Below are positions 15,215 through 22,721 of a stretch of DNA of 25,779 bases, in pieces. The DNA is from a virus (lineage: Duplodnaviria; Caudoviricetes): positions 1 through 25,779 of IMG/VR virus record IMGVR_UViG_3300029925_000074; one strand, 5' to 3'. Under the pieces are notes generated by a model. It searched no databases. It was given only the letters and a program-made list of their open reading frames with translations, and was not told the DNA's origin. Position 1 is the first letter of the stretch, and each line of letters starts with the position of its first letter. Both the position numbers and the translations under genes were made by a program.

Positions 15215-15997
15215 ATGACTACAAGATTGAATAAATTTTTACAAGAAATAGAAGTTTCTCCACTTGAACTTGCGGGAGCTTTAATCAATGGAGATGCCGA
15301 CGTACCTGATTGGGTATCGATTGGTGAAAATATAGACCATCTAAAAGTATGGGATGGCGAATCAAAAGAGAATCACGAACTTGGTTTTACTTATGTCAGT
15401 TATCATAAAATTGATATCACTGACACTGAAATCTTGGATCACAATTCAGATCGCGATGCTAATGAATGCGAAAAAGGCGGGGTCAGTGTCCTTGTCACTT
15501 TTGAGTATGACAATAAAACTTTTTACTTCGATTTTCAAACGTCGAGAACGTCAGATGCTTATGCTGTTAGCTCAAATTTATCAGCTTACAGCGATAATAA
15601 TTACGATGATTTTACAAATCATTTTAAAGTCGCTGACGATGAATACAATACTGAGTTACTCGACGCGGTAGAACAGTCAGTTAAAGAACAATCCCATGCC
15701 GACGAACTTTGGACTGAATACATCAAGAAAAACTATATCACTGACGATAGCGATTACGATGGCTTTGATGGTAATAGCGAGCGTAACGACATGGTTCGTC
15801 GTGAGTTAGAAATTACTTTTGAAGAGAGCTACACATTCACAAATTTAGCTGAACTTAGAGATTTTCTGAATGATTTTAAAACCACTGATCTCTCAACTGT
15901 CTTGCCAAAAGATTCAGACTATATCACTTTGCGATATGTTAAACAGACATTATCAGATTACAGCGAAGTGATCGATTTTAGGATTAATCATACGTAA
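15215..15997 (+). CDS. acidic hypothetical protein (260 aa), paralog of 16083-16838
   Basis: Follows repeat 2; D/E-rich; shares a central domain with the next gene. Confidence 0.85.
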   Translation: MTTRLNKFLQEIEVSPLELAGALINGDADVPDWVSIGENIDHLKVWDGESKENHELGFTYVSYHKIDITDTEILDHNSDRDANECEKGGVSVLVTFEYDNKTFYFDFQTSRTSDAYAVSSNLSAYSDNNYDDFTNHFKVADDEYNTELLDAVEQSVKEQSHADELWTEYIKKNYITDDSDYDGFDGNSERNDMVRRELEITFEESYTFTNLAELRDFLNDFKTTDLSTVLPKDSDYITLRYVKQTLSDYSEVIDFRINHT

Positions 15998-16017
15998 AAT
16001 TCGCGGGGCTTACTTCT

Positions 16018-16074
16018 CACTGGCCCGCTGATTGAGCGGGCTTTTAGGTAGTAGTAACCAAATTAACTAAGGGA
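16018..16074 (+). repeat. intergenic hairpin repeat, copy 3 (includes RBS)
   Basis: CACTGGCCCGCTGATTGAGCGGGCTTTTAGGTAGTAGTAACCAAATTAACTAAGGGA. Confidence 0.95.
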
Positions 16075-16082
16075 ACAAAATC

Positions 16083-16838
16083 ATGGAACCAAGAATAGCG
16101 CAACAAGAATTTACAGATATCTCATCTCAATATATGACTGATTCCGAAAAACAGGAAGTAGAAGGATTAGATTTCAATGAAGCTATCCAGCTATTTAAAA
16201 AAGTTTTTGGCGAAAAAAGATGGATAGAGATATGCGGGAAACTAAAAAATTACGGCGAAAAAGTCGTTGAAATCACAATCAACCGCACTGAGATTTATGA
16301 TTTTAACAAATCAAATGATCACGAAGCGCCGGACAAATCAAGCATTGCCATCGAAGTAAACGTCACCGTTAACAATGTAAATTTAAGTTTATGGTTCGAA
16401 CCTGGACTTACATGCGACGCCGGGGCTATTACTACACTGCTAACGGTTGATCTCGAAAAGTCAACCGGCGTAGAAGAAATCAACGACGACGAAGTTTTTC
16501 AAACAATAAGAAAAGAACACGGCGTTCAAAAGGAATTTGATGCGTATTTATCCGAACATTATGTCGACCCCTTTGCTGGCAAGTTAGCAATCAATGAAGG
16601 GTATATGGATGCAAACAGCGAGCCGGATGAGCTTTTTTACAAACTGTTTTATAGATTAAATGCGGATGGAAACGCTGTTATTTTGGATTGCGAAGACGGG
16701 GAAGCGATCTGTAGAATGCGCGGCGTTACATGGATCTATCCGGTTGATAGTGAATTTTCATGCGCGTATGAGCACGCTGAGGGAATTGTACTCACTGTCG
16801 AAGATGCGGCGAAATTGCATATTGAGATTGAAATTTAA
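16083..16838 (+). CDS. acidic hypothetical protein (251 aa), paralog of 15215-15997
   Basis: Follows repeat 3, which supplies the AAGGGA RBS; D/E-rich. Confidence 0.85.
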   Translation: MEPRIAQQEFTDISSQYMTDSEKQEVEGLDFNEAIQLFKKVFGEKRWIEICGKLKNYGEKVVEITINRTEIYDFNKSNDHEAPDKSSIAIEVNVTVNNVNLSLWFEPGLTCDAGAITTLLTVDLEKSTGVEEINDDEVFQTIRKEHGVQKEFDAYLSEHYVDPFAGKLAINEGYMDANSEPDELFYKLFYRLNADGNAVILDCEDGEAICRMRGVTWIYPVDSEFSCAYEHAEGIVLTVEDAAKLHIEIEI

Positions 16839-16856
16839 TATAAACATTCCACATTC

Positions 16857-16913
16857 CACTGGCCCGCTGATTGAGCGGGCTTTTAGGTAGAAGTAACCAA
16901 ATTAACTAAGGGA
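16857..16913 (+). repeat. intergenic hairpin repeat, copy 4 (includes RBS)
   Basis: CACTGGCCCGCTGATTGAGCGGGCTTTTAGGTAGAAGTAACCAAATTAACTAAGGGA. Confidence 0.95.
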
Positions 16914-16921
16914 TTAGAATC

Positions 16922-17188
16922 ATGAAATTAATAAATTTTAGCGAATCAGTTGTCATTGATATTGACAGCGAGATAAAGTTGTGGGCGATTCAATCATCAT
17001 ATGATGACGAATATATAGCAGTAGCTAAGACAACAAATGACTATTGGGTTTGTTATATTAATAGCTCAGATTTCTGTGAAATACCTGCCATGGACGATAC
17101 CGAAGGTATGGAATTGTGGCTTAAAAATACTGGTTTAAAAATAATTCCTTTATTTGAATTATTGAAGCCTTACGAAATCTGGGATTGA
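16922..17188 (+). CDS. acidic hypothetical protein (88 aa)
   Basis: Follows repeat 4 and its RBS. Confidence 0.8.
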   Translation: MKLINFSESVVIDIDSEIKLWAIQSSYDDEYIAVAKTTNDYWVCYINSSDFCEIPAMDDTEGMELWLKNTGLKIIPLFELLKPYEIWD

Positions 17189-17216
17189 AAGTTAACAGTT
17201 TAAATAAGGAAGGATA

Positions 17217-17375
17217 ATGACTAATACAAAAATAGAACGCGCGGTTAAAAAAGTTCAAATCGCGATCGATAAGCTAATCGATTTACAGGGCATGGGTTTT
17301 GACTCGAGCGAAATAGATCGAGCACTAGAAATATTGAGAAACCTTGAATATGACATTGAAGAAACGCTTGTTTAA
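17217..17375 (+). CDS. small helical protein copy A (52 aa), absent from the ORF track
   Basis: AAGGAAGGA RBS; MTNTKIERAVKKVQIAIDKLIDLQGMGFDSSEIDRALEILRNLEYDIEETLV*; paralog at 17876. Confidence 0.85.
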   Translation: MTNTKIERAVKKVQIAIDKLIDLQGMGFDSSEIDRALEILRNLEYDIEETLV

Positions 17376-17482
17376 ACAAAGCAGTAATTTTTATGAGAAG
17401 ACAAGACAAATATATTTCACACTGTATCGAATTATTTAAAAATAAAGATACTGCCGACATTTTTAGAAAAGGAGTTTTTAAG

Positions 17483-17872
17483 ATGAGTTTGTGCTCAACT
17501 TATGTTCAATCACAAGAGGGGAATTGGTATAAAAACCCAATTATTTGGGGAGAAGATGCGTCCTATTTTGTTTGTTGGGATGACGACGACCCGATAGAAT
17601 TGGTGATTAGAATTGATTCCAATATGACATTAAAAAAAGTTGTCGATGAACTTTATTCACAAGGATGGAATATAGAATTACTCGGTCATAAAATGAAAAC
17701 AGGCGATCGGTATTTTGGGGATAAATTTTACCCGGCAAGAGCTTATTGGCTTAGACAAAACGATGGGCCAACAGAAACACAATTGCTTACAGATACGGAC
17801 GCAACTTTAATGGGTAAAATTCAACCAAAAGTAGAAGGTACTTTTTACACTAACAGAATCAACGGATACTAA
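17483..17872 (+). CDS. hypothetical protein
   Basis: AGGAG RBS at 17470-17474 favours ATG 17483 over the ORF-track start 17393. Confidence 0.75.
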   Translation: MSLCSTYVQSQEGNWYKNPIIWGEDASYFVCWDDDDPIELVIRIDSNMTLKKVVDELYSQGWNIELLGHKMKTGDRYFGDKFYPARAYWLRQNDGPTETQLLTDTDATLMGKIQPKVEGTFYTNRINGY

Positions 17873-17875
17873 GTG

Positions 17876-18037
17876 ATGACAACCAATACAGAGAAAGAAC
17901 GCGCGATTAAAAAAGTTCAAATTGCAATTGATAAATTAATCGATTTACAAGGTACGGGTTTCTATTCAAGTGATGTAGATACCGCACGTAAAATTCTTAA
18001 CAACGTTGAATACGAAATTACAAAAACACTTGATTAA
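17876..18037 (+). CDS. small helical protein copy B (53 aa), absent from the ORF track
   Basis: MTTNTEKERAIKKVQIAIDKLIDLQGTGFYSSDVDTARKILNNVEYEITKTLD*; stop overlaps the convergent holin-like stop (TTAA). Confidence 0.8.
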   Translation: MTTNTEKERAIKKVQIAIDKLIDLQGTGFYSSDVDTARKILNNVEYEITKTLD

Positions 18038-18570
18038 AGCGTTTTCTCTTTAGTTTCGTGACTGCTATAGCCGAACCAGAATTGCATGATCGTCGGTATT
18101 TCCCGTGTCAGTAATCCGATTAACACTAATAATGTGCCTTCGATATTTTCTGGCACAGTGAGCGTATCAGTCATTAACCCAAAAAGCATACCGAAATAAC
18201 TCAATACAAATGCAACCGTTAAAAAAATATGCGGCCACATATTTCGCTTAGCTAATTCCCTGGCGCTCTCTTGACTCTTAACCTCGAGTGCAAAAACATC
18301 TACGCCTAGTTTTTCCATCTCGACTTTAAAGTTATTATCTAACTCTTTTAATTCTGTTAGTTGTTCAGGTGTTGCGTTTTCCACGGCCATTGCAAGCTCA
18401 GTGGGGGTCAGTGCCGCGTCGTCAGGTGCCCCACTCCATTTGTTCATGATGAGTTTTGCAGCCATCAAACCAGCCGGGCCACCTATGGACGTGCCAATCA
18501 TTGGCGCGATTTGCTGCAATAAACTAGGCGCTAACGACTTTGCTATTCCTAAAAGATTTTTAATTCCCAT
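18034..18570 (-). CDS. putative holin (GTA 3TM-holin-like)
   Basis: IAPMIGTSIGGPAG N-terminus, SARE motif, two C-terminal hydrophobic helices and FWFG.S; lies in the endolysin operon. Confidence 0.65.
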   Translation of the reverse strand: MGIKNLLGIAKSLAPSLLQQIAPMIGTSIGGPAGLMAAKLIMNKWSGAPDDAALTPTELAMAVENATPEQLTELKELDNNFKVEMEKLGVDVFALEVKSQESARELAKRNMWPHIFLTVAFVLSYFGMLFGLMTDTLTVPENIEGTLLVLIGLLTREIPTIMQFWFGYSSHETKEKTL

Positions 18571-18571
18571 T

Positions 18572-18871
18572 TCACATTGCCTCTCTAATTTCTTTTAGAA
18601 TGATAAGCATATCTTCATGATCTTTTTCATTCCTTAATTGTACAGCCTCATTATTTTTTTGAATTAACTCGCTAATTGTTTTGTAATGTTCCATTTTTAT
18701 AGTTAACTCTGCAATATCATTTTGAGAATACATATGCGCGCTTTCACTTCCGTCATGATCATCTACCATCTTACCAGACGTATACCCGACATACATTGCT
18801 AAACAAATACCGCATATTGATGCTATTGCAATTATATCTTGAAATGTAAATTTCCGCATGATCATTCTCAT
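18572..18871 (-). CDS. single-TM membrane protein of the lysis cassette
   Basis: N-terminal hydrophobic helix (IIAIASICGICLAMYVGY) followed by a coiled segment; between endolysin and holin-like gene. Confidence 0.65.
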   Translation of the reverse strand: MRMIMRKFTFQDIIAIASICGICLAMYVGYTSGKMVDDHDGSESAHMYSQNDIAELTIKMEHYKTISELIQKNNEAVQLRNEKDHEDMLIILKEIREAM

Positions 18872-19314
18872 TTTATTTTAAAAAAATAAACCTGTCCATT
18901 TACAAAGTTTCTAACATCCATATGAACCCACGACATGCCGTTAAACTCTTCAAAACAAGCAGGGTAAGGCAATATGATACTGCCATGTCTGATTAAATTT
19001 CGAATATCATGCGCTGGTATTTCACATTTAAAATCAACCGCTTTACCTAATTTATGTTGGCTAGTTTCTGAATATTCTTTTTGACCTGGCACTCTAAGAC
19101 CAGATGCAACCCTATTCCCTCCCCATAACCAATCGTTAACAGTGATGGGAATCTTTCTATTGTAAATAGTTTCCAATTGTTCTTTTATACAATCGAGATT
19201 CGCAATCAATCTTTCATCGATTAATTGCCAAGCTTTTTCGCCCCTTAGTTTATATATTGATTCAGGAACAAGTTCTTGTATTTTAAAATATTGAGCTGTT
19301 TGGTGATTGATCAC
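18868..19314 (-). CDS. endolysin, peptidase M15-like (Zn)
   Basis: YFKIQELV, SGLR, SQHKLGKAVDF (SxHxxGxAxD) and WVHMDVR Zn-ligand motifs. Confidence 0.88.
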   Translation of the reverse strand: MINHQTAQYFKIQELVPESIYKLRGEKAWQLIDERLIANLDCIKEQLETIYNRKIPITVNDWLWGGNRVASGLRVPGQKEYSETSQHKLGKAVDFKCEIPAHDIRNLIRHGSIILPYPACFEEFNGMSWVHMDVRNFVNGQVYFFKIK

Positions 19315-19320
19315 TTTTTT

Positions 19321-20157
19321 TTACGTCTCTTCAAAAGTTAATTTTTGAGAAAAAATACTCGGCCCGATATGCACAACTTTATTGTTAGAGATCCGTTTTG
19401 CGATCATTGTATTCTCAACGCTGATTCGATTAGTGGCCATTGGATCTAATGATATTAGCATATCCCGGCCCTTTCCATATCGTTCTAATAGCTCTAATAA
19501 TTGCTCTCTGTCTGATAGTGGCATATGGTTAATTGAAATATCGAATTTTCGATATGGTGCCATACTTAATGTTCGTATTCCCAACCCTCCCGTTCTTTTG
19601 TGTATGCTTTTATCAACATGTTCTATCGATGCCCCTTTTGAGAAATTAACTGTAGCAGTAAAAGCAAACCCAAGGAATAAACGCCCGATATCAATTATTG
19701 CGATTGGCGAAGCTGGCTGATCTATATCAACCTGAAATGACTTGTAAGTGACATTTGTAAACCAAACGGAAAAAGTGTTAGGCAAAGTTAAAGGGTAAAT
19801 ATCATCCCAAGCATCAAACCCTACTGGAGTAACCGGCACAATCGATATCGCAGTACTGTCATACACGATCGTACCAGTTTGGTTTATGTCAGCATATAAC
19901 CTAACTCTAATTGTCGTGTTTTCAGGTAAATTATGTTTAGCCAACGCAAAACCCCCGGCTAATAGATCCGTGGTGTTTGATCCTTTGATTGTTATTGGAT
20001 CGGGAGACCCTGATATTCTCGTTATCGTAGCATTAGGATCTAACAAATTTTCAATAGGTAAATCAGATTCAGCCGCAGGCGTTACGGTTATAGTGAGCCC
20101 ATCCCAGTCAGAATAAGGCACTAAATGTAAATTAGAATCTGTATCGTTCATATCCAC
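19321..20157 (-). CDS. putative minor tail protein
   Basis: Position after tape measure and large tail gene; HNL and IDIGRLFLG motifs and LTFEE terminus typical of such tail proteins. Confidence 0.7.
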   Translation of the reverse strand: MDMNDTDSNLHLVPYSDWDGLTITVTPAAESDLPIENLLDPNATITRISGSPDPITIKGSNTTDLLAGGFALAKHNLPENTTIRVRLYADINQTGTIVYDSTAISIVPVTPVGFDAWDDIYPLTLPNTFSVWFTNVTYKSFQVDIDQPASPIAIIDIGRLFLGFAFTATVNFSKGASIEHVDKSIHKRTGGLGIRTLSMAPYRKFDISINHMPLSDREQLLELLERYGKGRDMLISLDPMATNRISVENTMIAKRISNNKVVHIGPSIFSQKLTFEET

Positions 20158-22721
20158 ACCACTAAATTGGTTTGTATGTCATCTATATTTTTTCTGACTT
20201 CTAAAACAATCGCACCCATAGAAGTTTGTTTATCAAAAAACAAAAAACCTGGATAAGATATATTTATTTCATCCCCTATTTTGACATCATTAACAGAAAC
20301 AAAAGATTTTATTAGATAGGTGTTTCTTTTTTTCACTCTGATTAATTGTCGTCTATCACATTCATCCTGTGTATCTGTTTCGTTTCTAAATATTGTTAAT
20401 ACTCTCTTAGATAAAGCCATCGGGAAATCGGGCAATAAATTAAAAGTATTCACAAACTGATGATCTCTTGAAAAGTCGTCTCTATCCTGAACACTAACCG
20501 CACCCGCTAACGAATCAGCACTTTGAACATTCCAATTTTTCTGGAAACCAAGTTCAAGATTTTTAATAGGTTCTTCAGTTGAAAGATGTTTCATGCCATT
20601 TTCATAAAGGGGAGCAATTACATTCTCATCTAAATTTAGACTACCGTAAAACTTTTCCTTTATAGATAGTCTAGCAATATACACCCCACCTTTGTTCGCT
20701 ATACTATCCTCTCTAAATCCTAAAAAAGGCTCGCTTTTTGCATGAGTGAAAACGTAGGTATATTCTATAAAAGTAGTATCAGTAACTAACAAAACTAATA
20801 TATCGATAGATGTTGCAACATGAATTTTATCGTCTTTTGCTAAAGCGAATCTTAACTGATCACCAGTTCCCGAATGCCTCATTACTATTTTTAATTCATA
20901 ATCAACACCATCGATCAAATCAAATGCCTTTTCGAAATTCATCGAATATCGACCACCAGAACCATCTATATCTATAAATATAGAGTACAATCCCTCGTTA
21001 GCATCGTTAATAACAGTCTCAATCGCTGCCGTGGCTAGAAACCCAACATCGAAACCATCAAAGAATCCATTAGGTAAAAGATTACTAATGACATTGGTCT
21101 CATTCACTAACACGGCAGTTATCGCGTTAGGATGATTGTTCAATTCTGTATAGTCGTTAGGTTTATTTACAATAAAAGCTTCTAACTTTCCTAATAAGTT
21201 AAAACTGAAAGAACCTCCGACAGTGTTCATCAATTCTCTAAGTAAATTTTCCGTTGGTGTGGGTTTATCTATATATAGGCCACAATCTTGCGGTAATGTA
21301 GCATGAACAATATTAGATAAATCTCCAAATAAAACCCCATGTTGATCTACTCTTGCGCCTGACAGAATATTCCATGTCAATGGGGTACCCTCAGAATCCC
21401 ATGTCCAGGTTGTACCAAATATCCATGTGGATGGATCAAAAATAACATGGGTTTTAGTAAAAGGAGAGACCGCTAAATCTGTTATCGTTGCATGATATAC
21501 TCTGCCTGTAAAATGAAGGTTCGGAGTAACATCATCGGATTGGTAAGCAGTGCCTATAGTTTCCAATATTCCATTATTAAAACCAGTGGAACCAACGCCA
21601 CCAGTTAAAAGAATTCCCACAGTATCCCAAGTAACCCCATCGTCAGAAGAAAAAAATTGTGCTTTACCATCGTCAGAAGTTCTTTCGAATTTAAGATACA
21701 TTCTAGTATTAGCAGCCCAAGACGGTTTCGCTAAAGATGCATATGTTTGGAAAGCTAAGGCATCAGTTCCGTAATCAAAACCTAACGATCCATCTATTTC
21801 TATTAAAAATCTATACCCTCTGCCGGTTGATTCAGAATAACTACATAACAAACATTGTCTTGTGGTAAAAGTTGAGCCATCGTGATTTATTTCCAATTGA
21901 AAAGTCATTTTTATATCAGTGTTGACTTGTCCATATCCAGTCGTGAAATAGGAATTCGTTGAACCATCCATAGCACCATGCATATCTATAGGAGATAAAC
22001 GACAGATTTCCTCAGCCATATTTTTGGGGGCGTAACTAACCTCTTCAACATCGCAGGTTATTTGTCCAGCCGGAGCAGACACTAAAGTAAATTCACCGGT
22101 AACCAGATCAACCGTATAATCAGTTACAACTACCAATACCACGCCATTATCCCTAACGACTAAACTTGTGATTGAATCTAATCCCGATGTTTTGGCACTA
22201 CTAACTTTGTAAATCAGCGATCCTGCGTTTATCAAAACTGGTCTAATATTGTAAACCTTACCTATCACCACGGGGGATATTTCGCGCCCAATTGAAACCT
22301 TCAAAGCTTCTGACGAATTCAAAACAGAAAATTTAAAAGTATCAACAGAAGGCGCACTTATCCCTCCTATAATACCATTAGCAACAATACGAAAATTACT
22401 AAAAGACCATCTCGCATCGCCAAGGTAGATCTTAATCGGGAATCCTCGCCAGCTAAGATTAAACCAATCAGTATGAGATCCATCATTTATCAAATCGATA
22501 TCACCAATAGTAGCTTTGTCCACGGCATCAACAATTTTCACGGAACCTTTTATTATACCTTCGAAATATCGATTAGGTTTAGTATCCGTGGTTGCTGATA
22601 TATATGATCTAGTACTAAACAGAACAATCCCTTTACTATGTTTCGCTTCAACGAGAATGACTCTTATCGCTGTCGGGGATTTTTCCCACTTTGAATATTC
22701 TGCATCTGAGATAACAGGCAT
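20148..22721 (-). CDS. large tail protein with inserted LamG-like and carbohydrate-binding-like domains
   Basis: Immediately follows the tape measure; tail-type N-terminus (IGDIDLINDG, PVVIGKVYNIRP, VRDNGV); beta-rich inserts. Confidence 0.75.
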   Translation of the reverse strand: MPVISDAEYSKWEKSPTAIRVILVEAKHSKGIVLFSTRSYISATTDTKPNRYFEGIIKGSVKIVDAVDKATIGDIDLINDGSHTDWFNLSWRGFPIKIYLGDARWSFSNFRIVANGIIGGISAPSVDTFKFSVLNSSEALKVSIGREISPVVIGKVYNIRPVLINAGSLIYKVSSAKTSGLDSITSLVVRDNGVVLVVVTDYTVDLVTGEFTLVSAPAGQITCDVEEVSYAPKNMAEEICRLSPIDMHGAMDGSTNSYFTTGYGQVNTDIKMTFQLEINHDGSTFTTRQCLLCSYSESTGRGYRFLIEIDGSLGFDYGTDALAFQTYASLAKPSWAANTRMYLKFERTSDDGKAQFFSSDDGVTWDTVGILLTGGVGSTGFNNGILETIGTAYQSDDVTPNLHFTGRVYHATITDLAVSPFTKTHVIFDPSTWIFGTTWTWDSEGTPLTWNILSGARVDQHGVLFGDLSNIVHATLPQDCGLYIDKPTPTENLLRELMNTVGGSFSFNLLGKLEAFIVNKPNDYTELNNHPNAITAVLVNETNVISNLLPNGFFDGFDVGFLATAAIETVINDANEGLYSIFIDIDGSGGRYSMNFEKAFDLIDGVDYELKIVMRHSGTGDQLRFALAKDDKIHVATSIDILVLLVTDTTFIEYTYVFTHAKSEPFLGFREDSIANKGGVYIARLSIKEKFYGSLNLDENVIAPLYENGMKHLSTEEPIKNLELGFQKNWNVQSADSLAGAVSVQDRDDFSRDHQFVNTFNLLPDFPMALSKRVLTIFRNETDTQDECDRRQLIRVKKRNTYLIKSFVSVNDVKIGDEINISYPGFLFFDKQTSMGAIVLEVRKNIDDIQTNLVVWI

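Noticed and set aside
15050-16913. Repeats as a CRISPR array
   Set aside because: Start-to-start distances are 98, 870 and 839 bp, the long intervals hold whole genes, and no cas genes are visible.
15050-16913. Repeats as integron attC sites or hammerhead ribozymes
   Set aside because: No RYYYAAC...GTTRRRY ends or integrase; the CTGATTGAG loop is not a conserved CUGAnGA core and no GAAA partner is present.
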